A program made the position numbers and the translations under genes. A stretch of DNA of 64,000 nucleotides from the NCBI GenBank assembly GCA_038040195.1, contig JBBPIR010000001.1, positions 489,141-553,140 of the forward strand, written 5' to 3'. Shown here in pieces: positions 26,518 through 37,204 of the stretch. The notes under the pieces were generated by a model. It was not told the origin of the DNA and ran no database searches. It worked only from the letters and a program-made list of their open reading frames with translations. This stretch comes from Chloroflexota bacterium. GTDB taxonomy: Bacteria; Chloroflexota; Limnocylindria; QHBO01. How positions within the stretch are numbered: the first letter of the stretch is position 1; each line of letters begins with the position of its first letter.

Positions 26518-27951
26518 CTAGGCCGATTCCGAAGCGCCAGGTCCGGTGTTGTGGTGCTTCGACGCACCACCCTGGCCGGCCGTCGCCGCCTCGCGGGCCA
26601 ACCGCAATAGCGGCTCCCGGTTGTTGAGCGCGGGGTCGTCCAGGACGGCCTGCAGCAATTCGTCGAGGATCCGCCCGATTTCCGGGCCAGGCGCCATGCC
26701 AAGCTCCGCGATGAGATCATCCCCATCCACCGCCAGCTCGCGGACCGAAAGGACCGCGGCTCCCCGGAGTGCGGCCAGGCGCCGCTCCAGCTCGTCGGCG
26801 GCGCGGTCACGCAGCTCCGGTCCGACCGACGCGGCGGTATCGGCGCGGCGCAACGCCAGCAGATCGTCCAGCGGCTGGCCGGCGCCGATGCGGCGCAGGA
26901 AGCGGCGCACGGCGGCATCGGACCAGTCGGACGTGTAGTGGATGAGGTGGTGACGCACCAGGTGGCTGACGCGATCGATCTCGGTGCGGGGGAAGGCCAG
27001 CTCCCGCAAGCGGCGCTCGACGAGCTGAGCGCCGACCGACTCGTGGCCGATGAAGTGGCCGTCGGCAGCGGTGGGCGCCTTGCCCACGTCGTGGAGCAAT
27101 CCGGCCAGGCGGAGCACCGGGTCCGCGGCCGGCAGCGCATCCACGGCCCTCAGGGAGTGATCCAGGGCGTCGCCACCCAGGACCTTGCCCTGCTCCACGC
27201 CCCGCAGGGCCGCCAGCTCGGGAAGCACCACGCCCAGCAGCCCCAGCCGCTCCATCAGGGAGAACCCGCGTGACGGCTCCTCCGCGGCCAGGAGCCGGAG
27301 CAGTTCGTCGCGCACCCGCTCCCCGGAGAGCTGCTCCGCGGCCGGGGCCAGCCGCGTCGCGGCGGCCTCCGTGGCGGGGTCCAGGGTTAAGCCCAGGGTG
27401 GTGGCGAAACGCACGGCCCGCAGGAGGCGCAGCGCGTCCTCGGTGAATCGCTGCTCCGCGTCCCCCACCGCGCGCAGGGCGCCGGCCGCCAGGTCCGCCT
27501 GCCCGCCGTACGGGTCGACCACGTGGCCGCGCCCCGCGGCCAGGTCATCGGGCACCCAGGCCATGGCGTTGATCGTGAAGTCGCGTCGTTCCAAGTCGTC
27601 CTCGAGCCGCGTCCCCCACCGCACCTCCGACGGGTGGCGCGCGTCGCGGTACCCGGCTTCGGTGCGGTAGGTCGTCACCTCCACCGCCATCGGTCCGGAT
27701 CGGACGGTTACGGTCCCGTACGGATTGACCCAGGTGGAGTCCGGGAACAGCGCGGCCACCACGTCCGGAGGAGCGGACGTGGCCACGTCCCAGTCGCCGG
27801 GCTCGACCCCGCGGACCAGGTCGCGCACGCAGCCCCCGACCAGCGCGGCCTCGTGACCGGCGGCAGCCAGGTCACCCAGGACGGCGGTGACCGGGGCGGG
27901 GAGCCTCAGTTCCGTGGCTTGGGCTCGTCCAGGAACAGGAACGTCCGCCAA
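26518..27951 (-). CDS. cca: CCA-adding tRNA nucleotidyltransferase with HD domain
   Basis: 477 aa. LVGGCVRDLV, RDFTINAMA, and the HD region LLHDVGK. The exact start is uncertain because it overlaps the HNH gene 3-prime end by 46 nt. Confidence 0.8.
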   Translation of the reverse strand: MADVPVPGRAQATELRLPAPVTAVLGDLAAAGHEAALVGGCVRDLVRGVEPGDWDVATSAPPDVVAALFPDSTWVNPYGTVTVRSGPMAVEVTTYRTEAGYRDARHPSEVRWGTRLEDDLERRDFTINAMAWVPDDLAAGRGHVVDPYGGQADLAAGALRAVGDAEQRFTEDALRLLRAVRFATTLGLTLDPATEAAATRLAPAAEQLSGERVRDELLRLLAAEEPSRGFSLMERLGLLGVVLPELAALRGVEQGKVLGGDALDHSLRAVDALPAADPVLRLAGLLHDVGKAPTAADGHFIGHESVGAQLVERRLRELAFPRTEIDRVSHLVRHHLIHYTSDWSDAAVRRFLRRIGAGQPLDDLLALRRADTAASVGPELRDRAADELERRLAALRGAAVLSVRELAVDGDDLIAELGMAPGPEIGRILDELLQAVLDDPALNNREPLLRLAREAATAGQGGASKHHNTGPGASESA

Positions 27952-28436
27952 GCGTCGTTCCGCTCATCGGTCAGATAGGAGCCATACAGGTAGCGCGCGT
28001 CGGCGCGCGGGGCGCGCGGCTCGCGGCGCAGGGCCATCCGCGACTCGGCCAGAGTCTTGGAACCCTTGCGATGATTGCAGCGCCGGCAGGCGGCGACCAG
28101 GTTTTCCCACTCGTGGCGGCCGCCGCGGTGGCGTGGTACGACGTGGTCGATCGTCAGGTCGTGGGTGGCGGTGCCGCAGTACTGGCAGCTATGGCGGTCC
28201 CGGGCGAACACCTCGCGCCGCGAGAGCTTGACCCGGGGCTGGGGCCGGCGGACGAGATACACCAGGCGAATGACCGATGGCGCGTCGAAGGCGCGGCTGA
28301 CGGTGTGGATCACCTGGTGGTTGCGGGCGATCAGCTCCGCCTTCTCGGCGCCGAGCAGCCGGAAGGCGCGCCTGATGTCGCAGACGTTGAGGGCTTCGTA
28401 ATTCTGGTTGAGAACCAGGACTGGTGCGTTGAGCAA
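27906..28436 (-). CDS. HNH endonuclease family protein
   Basis: CQYCG...[10 protein letters not shown]...[16 protein letters not shown]. The TTG start at 28436 was chosen because GGAGG lies 6 nt upstream and the longer ORF would run into the pdxS promoter region. Confidence 0.7.
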   Translation of the reverse strand: MLNAPVLVLNQNYEALNVCDIRRAFRLLGAEKAELIARNHQVIHTVSRAFDAPSVIRLVYLVRRPQPRVKLSRREVFARDRHSCQYCGTATHDLTIDHVVPRHRGGRHEWENLVAACRRCNHRKGSKTLAESRMALRREPRAPRADARYLYGSYLTDERNDAWRTFLFLDEPKPRN

Positions 28437-28539
28437 TCCGAGCCTCCGTGCGCGCGATGATAGCGGAGCCGCCAACGAGGCCCGGCAACCAGGCCCACCG
28501 ATCGGATCCTCGAGGGGCCGCGAGTACAATGCGGGCCTG

Positions 28540-29454
28540 ATGACGACCACCGAGCCAACCACCCACGACCTCACCCAAACCTCGACCTGGGCGACCAAGG
28601 TCGGGCTGGCGCGCATGCTCGCCGGCGGGGTGATCATGGACGTCGTGACCGCCGATCACGCCCGGATTGCTGAGGAAGCGGGCGCGGTGGCGGTGATGGC
28701 CCTCGAGCGCGTCCCATCCGACATCCGCAAGCACGGTGGGGTGGCCCGCATGAGCGACCCCAAGCTGATCGAGGACATCAAGCGGGCGGTCACCATCCCG
28801 GTCATGGCCAAGTGCCGGATCGGCCACTTCGTCGAAGCCCAGATCCTCCAGGCCCTGGAGGTCGACTACATCGACGAGTCGGAGGTCCTGACTCCGGCCG
28901 ACGAGGCGCACCACATCGACAAGCACCGCTTTGACGTGCCGTTCGTGTGCGGCTGCCGCGACCTGGGCGAGGCCCTGCGCCGGATCGGCGAGGGCGCGGC
29001 CATGATCCGGACCAAGGGCGAGGCGGGCACCGGCAACGTGGTCGAGGCCGTGCGCCACATGCGCGCCGTACGGTCCGGCATCGCGCAGCTGCGCACCATG
29101 CGTTCGGACGAGCTCTTCGCTACCGCCAAGGAGCTGCGCGCCCCGCTGGAGGTCGTCCGGCAGGTGGCCGAGCTGGGCGAGCTGCCGGTCCCCAACTTCT
29201 CGGCCGGCGGCGTCGCCACCCCTGCCGACGCGGCCCTCATGCGCCAGCTCGGCGCGGAGGCCGTGTTCGTAGGCAGCGGGATCTTCAAGGCCGAGCATCC
29301 GGAGAAGGTCGCGCGGGCCATCGTCAAGGCCACCACCCACTACGACAACGCGGAGATCCTGGCCGAGGTCAGCGCGGGGCTGGGTGAGCCGATGCGTGGC
29401 CTGGAGCTGGCCGAGATCCCTGCCGAGGAGCGGCTGGCCACCCGGGGTTGGTAG
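28540..29454 (+). CDS. pdxS: Pyridoxal 5-prime-phosphate synthase lyase subunit PdxS
   Basis: [21 protein letters not shown] and [15 protein letters not shown]. Highly conserved. Confidence 0.95.
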   Translation: MTTTEPTTHDLTQTSTWATKVGLARMLAGGVIMDVVTADHARIAEEAGAVAVMALERVPSDIRKHGGVARMSDPKLIEDIKRAVTIPVMAKCRIGHFVEAQILQALEVDYIDESEVLTPADEAHHIDKHRFDVPFVCGCRDLGEALRRIGEGAAMIRTKGEAGTGNVVEAVRHMRAVRSGIAQLRTMRSDELFATAKELRAPLEVVRQVAELGELPVPNFSAGGVATPADAALMRQLGAEAVFVGSGIFKAEHPEKVARAIVKATTHYDNAEILAEVSAGLGEPMRGLELAEIPAEERLATRGW

Positions 29455-30053
29455 GCACAGAGCGCCGGCCACGGGTCGGCATCCTGGCGCTGCAGGGGGA
29501 CGTTCGCGAGCACGCCGCCGCGCTGCGCGAGGTGGGCGCGGAGCCAGTGGAGGTCCGCCTTCCACGCGACCTGGCCGGCGTGGAGGCCCTCATCCTGCCC
29601 GGCGGGGAGAGCACCACCATGCGGCGCCTGATCGACGCCTACGGCCTGGCCGAGCCGATCCTCAGCCTGGCGGCCTCGGGTGCGCCGATGTGGGGCACCT
29701 GTGCGGGCATGATCCTGCTCGCCCGCCGAATCACCGATGGCGATGAGCCGATCCTGCCGCTGCTCGATATCGAGGTCCGGCGCAACGCCTACGGGCGCCA
29801 GCTGGACTCGTTCGAGGCCGACCTGGCCGTCCCGGCCCTGGGGGACGAGCTGCTCCACGCGGTCTTCATTCGCGCGCCGGTGGTGACCGATGTGGGACCG
29901 GGGGTCGAGGTCCTGGCCACCGATCCGATGGGGCGCACGGTGGCCGTGCGCCAGGGCCGCCTGCTGGCCACCGCGTTCCATCCCGAGCTGACCGGGGATC
30001 GGCGCTTCCACCGCGCGCTGGTAGACCTCATCGGGGTCGAGACGCGAGCATGA
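29448..30053 (+). CDS. pdxT: Pyridoxal 5-prime-phosphate synthase glutaminase subunit PdxT
   Basis: [30 protein letters not shown] start overlapping the pdxS stop. Confidence 0.9.
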   Translation: MVGTERRPRVGILALQGDVREHAAALREVGAEPVEVRLPRDLAGVEALILPGGESTTMRRLIDAYGLAEPILSLAASGAPMWGTCAGMILLARRITDGDEPILPLLDIEVRRNAYGRQLDSFEADLAVPALGDELLHAVFIRAPVVTDVGPGVEVLATDPMGRTVAVRQGRLLATAFHPELTGDRRFHRALVDLIGVETRA

Positions 30054-31111
30054 ACAGCGTGGCCAACGATGCCGGCGAGGTGCGTGCCGCGCGCCTGACC
30101 GACCGCCAGGCCCTGGCCGAGCTGTCGGGACAGGTCCATGCCGCGTCGGACGCGTATCGGCGCAGCCTGGGCGTACCCGCCCCAGCGGGGAGTCCCGGCA
30201 TCCAGCTGTCCACCCTCATCCCGTCGTGGATCCCACTGCGCCCGCCATCGGTCCACCTGGTGGCCGAATCGGACGGGGCGCTGATCGGCTCATGCCGGGC
30301 CATCACTGAGCCGCACCGTGACGACTGGGTGATCATCGAGCTCGACGCCGCCGACGGGCCGATGGCCGGCGAGGTGCGCTGGGCCCTCCTCGAGGCCCTC
30401 ATCGCAGAGGGGGCCAAGCGCGACGTTGCGCGCTATCACGTGGCCTGCGCGGACGTGCCCGAGAACCTCCAGCTGTTCGGGACGGCAGGCTTCATGGCAT
30501 ACGCCCAAGAGGAGATCCTGTACCGCCCGGCCGAGGAGCCGGGGAGCACCGGGCGGAGCTGGCTGCGCCGCGGCTTCCGGAATCGGCTGCCCAGGCGGGG
30601 AGCCGTCGCCGCGGACATCAACCTCCAGCCCGCCGGGGCGCCCGACGCCTGGCACCTGTTCGACTTGTGGAGCCACTGCACCCCGCCCGCCGTCGCGAGG
30701 GTGGAGGACTACCGCGCCGCGGACTGGGAGTCGGCGGGCCACGAGGCCATCGTCCCGCGCTCCAGCCTGAACCCCATCCTCCACTTCTCCGCCGTCAGTG
30801 CCTGGCTTGCGCCACTCGACCAGCGGGCCGGGGGATTCGCCCAGCACGGGGCGAGCCGGGTGGGACCGCACTACCTGCGCTTCCTGGTCCGCGACGGAAC
30901 CGACGGGGCCGCCATGCTCAGCGCTGTCCTGGGACGCCTGCCCGCGGACGCGCTCGCCGCCGGGATCCTGGCTCCGGTGCGAACATACGAGTCGGCGGGA
31001 CTACAGGCAGCCGCGGACGCAGGCTTCGCACCGGTGGGACGAGTCACCCTGCTGGTACGCGAGGTGAGGGCCACGGCACGCCAACCGGCGATGGTGCCGG
31101 CGGTCAATTGA
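30050..31111 (+). CDS. Hypothetical protein, probable GNAT-fold acetyltransferase domains
   Basis: 353 aa. ATGA overlap with pdxT. Weak GNAT-like core ([15 protein letters not shown]...FGTAGFM). Confidence 0.45.
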   Translation: MNSVANDAGEVRAARLTDRQALAELSGQVHAASDAYRRSLGVPAPAGSPGIQLSTLIPSWIPLRPPSVHLVAESDGALIGSCRAITEPHRDDWVIIELDAADGPMAGEVRWALLEALIAEGAKRDVARYHVACADVPENLQLFGTAGFMAYAQEEILYRPAEEPGSTGRSWLRRGFRNRLPRRGAVAADINLQPAGAPDAWHLFDLWSHCTPPAVARVEDYRAADWESAGHEAIVPRSSLNPILHFSAVSAWLAPLDQRAGGFAQHGASRVGPHYLRFLVRDGTDGAAMLSAVLGRLPADALAAGILAPVRTYESAGLQAAADAGFAPVGRVTLLVREVRATARQPAMVPAVN

Positions 31112-31137
31112 GCAGGCAACCGAGCGCGGAGGAACGC

Positions 31138-32835
31138 GTGGCGAAACTCGAAACCACCGACGACCTCGAGGCCCTGTTGGGGGCGCTGCCCCCGGAGGTC
31201 ATCGAGCGCGTCCGCGGCTTGGGGTCGCGGGCCGACCTGTTGGAGGTCGTCCTGGACCTGGGCCGCCGGCCGGAGGCCCGCTTCACGCATAGTGAGGAGC
31301 TCCTCCTGGAGCGTGAGGTCACCGAGGCCGACATCGGCTGGGTGGTGGACCGCATCGGCGCCTTCGGTGACGACAACCGGGCCGGCATCGAGCGCACCCT
31401 GCATCGGATCAGCGCCATCCGGAATCGGTCCGGCAAGGTGGTGGGCCTGACCTGCCGCATCGGGCGGGCCGTGTTCGGAACCATCGACATCATCCGCGAC
31501 ATCGTGGAGTCGGGGCAGAGCCTGCTGATCCTGGGCCGGCCGGGGATCGGCAAGACGACCATGCTGCGCGAGGTGGCTCGCGTCCTGGCCGACGACCTGG
31601 GCAAGCGGGTGGTGGTGGTCGACACCTCCAACGAGATCGCCGGCGACGGGGACATCCCGCATCCGGGGATCGGTGACGCGCGGCGGATGCAGGTCCGGAC
31701 CCCCACCGAGCAGCACGCGGTGATGATCGAGGCGGTCGAGAATCACATGCCCGAGGTCATCGTCATCGACGAGATTGGGACCGAGTTGGAGGCGGTCGCG
31801 GCCCGGACCATCGCCGAGCGGGGTGTCCAGCTGGTGGGCACCGCCCACGGCAACACGCTGGACAACCTCATGCTCAACCCGACCCTGTCCGACCTCATCG
31901 GTGGGATCCAGACCGTGACCCTGGGCGACGAGGAGGCCCGGCGGCGCGGGACCCAGAAGAGCGTCCTGGAGCGCAAGGCGCCGCCGACGTTCGACGTGGT
32001 GGTCGAGATCGTGGAGCGGGACCGGGTCATCGTCCACCGCAGCGTGGCAGAGACGATAGACGCCATCCTGCGCGGCCACATGGTGCCGCCCGAGTCGCGC
32101 TGGCGGGACGAGGCAGGCGAGGTGCGCGCCGCGACCAAGTATGACTACCGGATCCAGGAGGCAGCCTCCAACAGCTCGATGTTCGTGACGCCCGAGCCGG
32201 GCGGACACGGTACGTTCAGCCGGCGCACCGGCTTGTCTGGGCTCCAGCCGCTCCCCGGGGGGCGGGGTCAGGGGTCGATCGAGGAGGCGATGCTCGCATC
32301 GGACGTTTCCTCGGACGTGGCCCAGGCCACGACCGCCCGCGAGCGCGAAACGCGTGTGGCGAGCATGCGGCCCATGGCCGTGTTCCCGTATGGCGTCAGC
32401 CGCAAGCGCCTGGAGCAGGCGGTCCGCGAGCTGGGCGTGCCTGTGACCGTGGCCCGCGACCTTGAGGAATCGGATGCGGTCATCACCCTGCGGACGTACT
32501 ACCGCCGCAAGCCACCGGCCCTGCGCGACGCGGAGGCGGGCGGTACCCCGCTGTTCGTGCTGAAGACGAATACGCTGCTCCAGATGGAGTCCATGCTCGC
32601 CAACCTGTACGAGCTGGAGGCCAATCCCCAGGAGGCCGCCCTGCGCGAGACCGCAGAGGCCATCGGCCTGGTGCAGGAGAGCGGCCGATCGATGGAGCTG
32701 GCGCCCCAGAACGCTTACGTGCGGCGCCTTCAGCACCAGATGGCCGAGCAGCACAACCTCATGAGCCGCTCGCGGGGCAGCGAGCCGAACCGCCGGGTTC
32801 AGCTCCTTCCCGAAGAGGGGCGCGCCTGGCGCTAG
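31138..32835 (+). CDS. AAA ATPase with C-terminal R3H nucleic-acid-binding domain (SpoIIIAA/Ycf45-like)
   Basis: P-loop [21 protein letters not shown], and the R3H region [35 protein letters not shown]. The GTG start at 31138 has GGAGG 5 nt upstream. Confidence 0.75.
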   Translation: MAKLETTDDLEALLGALPPEVIERVRGLGSRADLLEVVLDLGRRPEARFTHSEELLLEREVTEADIGWVVDRIGAFGDDNRAGIERTLHRISAIRNRSGKVVGLTCRIGRAVFGTIDIIRDIVESGQSLLILGRPGIGKTTMLREVARVLADDLGKRVVVVDTSNEIAGDGDIPHPGIGDARRMQVRTPTEQHAVMIEAVENHMPEVIVIDEIGTELEAVAARTIAERGVQLVGTAHGNTLDNLMLNPTLSDLIGGIQTVTLGDEEARRRGTQKSVLERKAPPTFDVVVEIVERDRVIVHRSVAETIDAILRGHMVPPESRWRDEAGEVRAATKYDYRIQEAASNSSMFVTPEPGGHGTFSRRTGLSGLQPLPGGRGQGSIEEAMLASDVSSDVAQATTARERETRVASMRPMAVFPYGVSRKRLEQAVRELGVPVTVARDLEESDAVITLRTYYRRKPPALRDAEAGGTPLFVLKTNTLLQMESMLANLYELEANPQEAALRETAEAIGLVQESGRSMELAPQNAYVRRLQHQMAEQHNLMSRSRGSEPNRRVQLLPEEGRAWR

Positions 32836-32837
32836 GT

Positions 32838-33458
32838 TTGTTCATCACCCTGGAGGGCCCCGAAGGCAGCGGCAAGAGCACCGCCGCCCGCCACCTGGCC
32901 GAATGGCTGCGCACCCGCGGCGTGCCGACGACCCTGACCGCCGAACCGGGCGGAACTCCGGTGGGCGAGGAGATCCGGCGACTGCTTCTCCACATCCGAA
33001 CGCTCTCCGACGACCTCGATCCCAAGGCCGATGCGCTCCTGTTCGCCGCCGGTCGCGCCCAGCATGTCGAGCGCCGCATCCTCCCCGCCCTGCAGCGGGG
33101 CGAGTGGGTCGTCTGCGCCCGCTACCTCGACTCGTCCATGGCCTACCAGGGAGGCGGCTACGGCCTCGACATGGACGCCCTGCGCGACCTCCAGGCGTTC
33201 GCCACCGGCGGGTTGAAGCCGGACCTCACCATCCTTTTGGACGTGCCGGTCGAGATCGGCCTCGGGCGCAAGCGGCGCGACCGTTGGAACCGGTTCGAAG
33301 ACACGGAGAGCGCTGCCTTCTTCGAGCGCGTGCGACGCACATACCTTGATCTGGCCGCGGCCGAACCTGGTCGGTACCGGGTCCTGGACGCCTCCGGATC
33401 GGTCGAAGAAACCGACGCAGCCATCCGCGAGCTGGTGGCGCCGCTCCTGCATCGGTAG
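32838..33458 (+). CDS. tmk: Thymidylate kinase
   Basis: MFITLEGPEGSGKST P-loop and the DRY-like RYLDSS region. Confidence 0.9.
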   Translation: MFITLEGPEGSGKSTAARHLAEWLRTRGVPTTLTAEPGGTPVGEEIRRLLLHIRTLSDDLDPKADALLFAAGRAQHVERRILPALQRGEWVVCARYLDSSMAYQGGGYGLDMDALRDLQAFATGGLKPDLTILLDVPVEIGLGRKRRDRWNRFEDTESAAFFERVRRTYLDLAAAEPGRYRVLDASGSVEETDAAIRELVAPLLHR

Positions 33459-33473
33459 GGCATACTGCGGCCG

Positions 33474-33803
33474 ATGAAGCTGGTCACCGCCGTCGTTCAC
33501 AGCGAGGACGCCGGAGCCCTCGTCGACGCCCTGCTCGAAAAGGAGTACCGCGCCACCCGGCTGAACTCGTCGGGCGGGTTCCTCAAGCAGGGCAACGCGA
33601 CCATCCTGATCGGGTGCGAGGACGACCAGGTGGACGCCGTCTTGGCCCTCATCAGCGCCAACTGCCACGCCCGCAAGCAGTTCGTGAACCCCATGCCCCC
33701 GATCATGGAGCCGGGCGAGTTCTACATGCCCTACCCGGTCGAGGTCGAGGTCGGCGGGGCCACCGTCTTCGTCCTTCCCGTCGAGCGCTTCGAGCGCTTG
33801 TAG
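33474..33803 (+). CDS. darA: PII-like cyclic-di-AMP receptor DarA (YaaQ family)
   Basis: 109 aa, near-collinear with B. subtilis YaaQ as recalled (MKL..AVV, TGGFLK.GN, PYPVEVEVGGATVFVLPV). Lies next to tmk, as in Bacillus. Confidence 0.8.
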   Translation: MKLVTAVVHSEDAGALVDALLEKEYRATRLNSSGGFLKQGNATILIGCEDDQVDAVLALISANCHARKQFVNPMPPIMEPGEFYMPYPVEVEVGGATVFVLPVERFERL

Positions 33804-33812
33804 AGACCGATA

Positions 33813-34424
33813 GTGATGCGCGCAAATTCGCGCGCCTGGGTGGACGAGCTGGAGTTCGGGGCGCCGGACGTGCTGGCCGTCTGGCGGCTCATCGATCCTG
33901 CCGATTTCAGCAAGGATTATTCGGCGATCCGCGCCGAGCTGAGTCGCCGGGCGGGAACGGGAAGCGCCCCTCGTGTGTTGGCCGAGCAGGAGGCAATCGC
34001 CGACGCTCTCGAGGCGGTCCTGGCCGAGATGCCGGAGGAGCTCCTCCTAGCGCCTGGAGGCGAGGACGACTGGAACGTGGCCCAGGCCTTCGCGCACGCC
34101 ACGGGGTCGCGGCGCTACCTGGCCGCGGCGGCCGCCTTCGCAGCTCGTGGCGAGTGGCCCGATCCCCCGCCCGTAGTCACGCCGGGCATCCCCGGCCCGG
34201 CCGATGCCGACCGCGAGACGTTGCTCATGCTGTTGAACAAGAGCCGTCGCTCCATGGCCCTGTCGGCCGCGGCCATCGCCGGCCACGAGACCGATCCATG
34301 CCCCCTCGACCATCCGCTGATCGGCACCCGGCTGCTTTGCGGGGAATGGCTCCTGTTCTGCGGAGTCCACGACCTCATGCACCTCGAGCAGCTCCACGAC
34401 CTGCTGGACCGCGCCTCGGGATGA
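33813..34424 (+). CDS. DinB/YfiT-like four-helix-bundle metalloprotein
   Basis: 203 aa. His triad pattern including VHDLMHLEQL. Confidence 0.65.
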   Translation: MMRANSRAWVDELEFGAPDVLAVWRLIDPADFSKDYSAIRAELSRRAGTGSAPRVLAEQEAIADALEAVLAEMPEELLLAPGGEDDWNVAQAFAHATGSRRYLAAAAAFAARGEWPDPPPVVTPGIPGPADADRETLLMLLNKSRRSMALSAAAIAGHETDPCPLDHPLIGTRLLCGEWLLFCGVHDLMHLEQLHDLLDRASG

Positions 34425-35551
34425 GCGGCGACCAGCGCCCCGCGCCGCTGGTCCTGATGGGCGCCCCCGCCGCCGACGAGGCACCGTTTGGCTCGTACGC
34501 AGCGGGGCTGGCCACCGGCCGGCACTTGCTGGCCGCGGAGCTCAGCCAGCGGCTGGCCCGCCAGGGCGCCGCCGTGCAGCTGATCCCGCCGGCGGTGGAG
34601 GCCGGGCCGTTTCACTGGGGAAGTTGGTACTCGCGCGCTGCCCGAGCTGCGTTGGACGAGGCCGGCGACCGAGTAGACGCATTGGGTTGGGTCGGCGCCG
34701 GGGCGCTGGCCATGCTCGGGGATGAGGCGTTGGACGCGCTGCTGAGCCCGATCGCCGGAGAGGTGGTCACCAACAACCGTTTCAGCTCCGATGCGTTCGT
34801 TGTGGCCGGCGACCTGAGTGCCGCGCTGGGAGTTTTGGCCGGACTGGGAGCCGATAACGGCGCCCCGCGAGCCCTGGAAGCGGCCGGTTTCACGGTCCGC
34901 GACCTCTCTGACGCGCCTTGGACCCGATTCGACGTCGACACGCCGCTCGATCTCGCCCTGCTGCGCTTGGCGACGCGCATCGCCGGCACGCGGACGCTGG
35001 ATCCGGCGATTGTCGCGTTCCTCGAGGGCGCGCAACTGCCCGGCAGCCGATCACTGGAGATCCCGCGCCTCGAGGATCTGCTGGCGGTCCTCAGGAACCG
35101 GAATGCGGAGCTGGTTGTGGCCGGCCGCGTTCCGTCCAGCGCTTTCGCCTACCTCGAGGAGCAGGCCGCCTGCCGGGTGCGCCTTTTCGTGGAGGAGCGT
35201 GGGATGCGAGCGGCACCCGGCCACCGTCCACGATCCTTACTCGCGGATTGGGTGACGGAACACGGGGGCGCCTCGCTTATGGAGCACCTGGCGACCCTCG
35301 GCGATGCGGTCATCATCGATACACGGGTCGTGATGGCGTCCCTTGCCGGCTCATCGGACACCGCCGCTTGGCCATCGCCAGAAGAGCGTTATGCCTCCGA
35401 CTTCGGCGACCCTTCGCCTATAGCCACTCCGTGGCTCCGCGACCTCACCACGGCGGCGGCGTCCGCATCGGTCCCGTTCCTACTCGGCGCCCACACTCTG
35501 GTCAGCGACGGCCTCCGCATCCTCACAGACGCCGCCTGGCTTGGCAGGTAG
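34421..35551 (+). CDS. Hypothetical protein
   Basis: 376 aa. ATGA overlap with the DinB-like gene and GC3-rich codons. No family recognised. The upstream extension of the ORF to 33614 is rejected. Confidence 0.5.
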   Translation: MSGDQRPAPLVLMGAPAADEAPFGSYAAGLATGRHLLAAELSQRLARQGAAVQLIPPAVEAGPFHWGSWYSRAARAALDEAGDRVDALGWVGAGALAMLGDEALDALLSPIAGEVVTNNRFSSDAFVVAGDLSAALGVLAGLGADNGAPRALEAAGFTVRDLSDAPWTRFDVDTPLDLALLRLATRIAGTRTLDPAIVAFLEGAQLPGSRSLEIPRLEDLLAVLRNRNAELVVAGRVPSSAFAYLEEQAACRVRLFVEERGMRAAPGHRPRSLLADWVTEHGGASLMEHLATLGDAVIIDTRVVMASLAGSSDTAAWPSPEERYASDFGDPSPIATPWLRDLTTAAASASVPFLLGAHTLVSDGLRILTDAAWLGR

Positions 35552-35573
35552 CCGAGTTCGTCGTCGGAAGGCT

Positions 35574-35597
35574 CTCCTGATAGACTCTGATCAGGAG
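35574..35597 (+). promoter_or_regulatory. Inverted repeat CTCCTGAT-N8-ATCAGGAG enclosing a TAGACT -10-like hexamer, upstream of nuoA
   Basis: 8-bp perfect arms at 35574-35581 and 35590-35597, with TAGACT at 35581-35586. A GC hairpin GCGGGCCG-TAG-CGGCCCGC follows at 35612-35630. nuoA starts at 35650. Confidence 0.4.
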
Positions 35598-35649
35598 ATT
35601 TGATCCGCATTGCGGGCCGTAGCGGCCCGCTCGAGCGAGCACAACGACG

Positions 35650-36009
35650 ATGGACCAGACCGGGCTGCTCTACGTCCTGGGATTCGGCTTCGCCGCCACG
35701 ACGTTCGTGTTCGGCACGATTCTGTTCTCGTGGCTGATCACGCATCGGCGCAAAGAGGCCCAGAAGGGGCTGCCCTACGAGTGCGGGATCGACACCATCG
35801 GTGACACCTGGTCCCGCTTCGGGCTGGCGTTCTACCTGTACGCCCTGCTGTTCGTGGCCTTCGACGTGGAGATCATCTTCATCTACCTCTGGGCGATCGT
35901 GATTCGCGACCTCACGCTCACCGGCATGATCCTGATGGGGATCTTCCTGGTGGTCCTGATGTACGGCGAGTTCTACGCCTGGAAGAAGGGTGACCTGAAA
36001 TGGCGATAA
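35650..36009 (+). CDS. nuoA: NADH-quinone oxidoreductase subunit A
   Basis: 119 aa, 3 TM helices, PYECG motif. Confidence 0.9.
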   Translation: MDQTGLLYVLGFGFAATTFVFGTILFSWLITHRRKEAQKGLPYECGIDTIGDTWSRFGLAFYLYALLFVAFDVEIIFIYLWAIVIRDLTLTGMILMGIFLVVLMYGEFYAWKKGDLKWR

Positions 36010-36629
36010 CAACCGCTCCCCGAGCTGACGAGCCGATCGTCATCCCCGACGCGGCCGGCGACGATCCGCTGCTGGGCGAGTTCGGGATGGAGAACCACCC
36101 CCAGGGTGGGTTCCATGGCCTGCTGGAGGTCATCCCCACCCGGGCCGATTACATCCTGGACCTGATCCGGGCCAACTCGCTGTGGCCGCTCCTGTCCGGC
36201 CTGTCGTGCTGCGCCATCGAGATGATGAGCACCGCCACCAGCGTCAACGACATCGACCGATTCGGGATGTTCCCGTTCCGCGCCTCGCCGCGCCAGGCTG
36301 ACGTCCTGATCGTGGCCGGCACCCTGACCACCAAGATGGCCGGTCCGCTGGTGCGCCTGTGGCAGCAGATGCCGGAGCCCAAGTGGTGCGTCGCCATGGG
36401 CACCTGCACCACCTCCGGCGGACGCTTCAAGCGCAGCTACAGCGTCGTCCAGGGCGTGGACCGGGTCATGCCGGTCGACGTCTACGTGCCGGGTTGCCCG
36501 CCGCGCCCCGAAGGCCTGATCTACGGGCTGATGAAGCTCCAGGAACTGGTCAAGCAACGCCGCGGCCAGTGGGCCACCTATGCCGACCGGGGTCCGGACC
36601 TCCGATCCTGGGAAGGAGACGTGCGCTGA
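36000..36629 (+). CDS. nuoB: NADH-quinone oxidoreductase subunit B
   Basis: 209 aa. N2 ligand pattern SCCAIEM, CVAMGTC, GCPPRP. Confidence 0.95.
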   Translation: MAITTAPRADEPIVIPDAAGDDPLLGEFGMENHPQGGFHGLLEVIPTRADYILDLIRANSLWPLLSGLSCCAIEMMSTATSVNDIDRFGMFPFRASPRQADVLIVAGTLTTKMAGPLVRLWQQMPEPKWCVAMGTCTTSGGRFKRSYSVVQGVDRVMPVDVYVPGCPPRPEGLIYGLMKLQELVKQRRGQWATYADRGPDLRSWEGDVR

Positions 36630-37204
36630 GCGCACCGGCCGCGGCGGGCCCGCTGGTCCGGCTGCTGGGCGACCGGCTCGCCGACGCGGCGAGCGAACTG
36701 TGGACCGACGAGGACACGGTCGAGATCCAGGTTCCCCGCGACAAGATCGTCGATTCGCTCCGCACCCTGCGCGACGACGCGGACTTCGGCTTCTTCTTCC
36801 TGGCCGATGCGGCCGCGGTCGACTACGGGGTCGGCAACTGGTTCGAGGTCGTCTACCACCTGTACTCGGACCGCCACCCCACCTGGCTGCGGGTCCGGGT
36901 CAAGGTTGACCGCGAGAATCCGGTGACGCCCAGCATCACCTCGCTGTGGGAAGGGGCGATGTTCCACGAGCGCGAGATGTACGACATGATGGGCATCGTC
37001 TTCGAGGGCAACCGCGACCTGCGGCGGATCTACATGTCGCCGGACTACCGGTCCTTCCCGCAGCGCAAGGACTTCCTGCTCCCCGATGACGCCGCCGATT
37101 CCGCCGCCGCCGGCAACCGCCCGCTGGAGCGGCCCGAGACCTGGGACCTGAGCAAGCTGGCGGACGCCGCCGCGCACCGCGACGAGCCGGGAGGCCCGGT
37201 GTGA
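36626..37204 (+). CDS. nuoC: NADH-quinone oxidoreductase subunit C
   Basis: 30-kDa subunit pattern ([28 protein letters not shown]). No ATG/GTG/TTG is available in frame near the N-terminus. CTG at 36626 overlaps the nuoB stop as CTGA, with GGAAGGAG 7 nt upstream. Confidence 0.8.
   Translation: MSAPAAAGPLVRLLGDRLADAASELWTDEDTVEIQVPRDKIVDSLRTLRDDADFGFFFLADAAAVDYGVGNWFEVVYHLYSDRHPTWLRVRVKVDRENPVTPSITSLWEGAMFHEREMYDMMGIVFEGNRDLRRIYMSPDYRSFPQRKDFLLPDDAADSAAAGNRPLERPETWDLSKLADAAAHRDEPGGPV

Noticed and set aside
30667-31137. Long N-terminal extensions proposed by the ORF track. They are 30667..32835, 33614..35551, 41253..44114, 54328..56055, 56810..58771, 9696..10775, 36359..37204, 20707..22185 and 22005..22781.
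   Set aside because: The extensions overlap upstream genes in other frames and translate as Arg/Pro-rich junk. Internal starts with SD sequences or 4-nt stop/start overlaps give family-typical N-termini.
35574-35597. A Rex (redox repressor) operator upstream of nuoA.
   Set aside because: The palindrome CTCCTGAT/ATCAGGAG does not resemble the TTGTGAA...TTCACAA Rex consensus that I recall.
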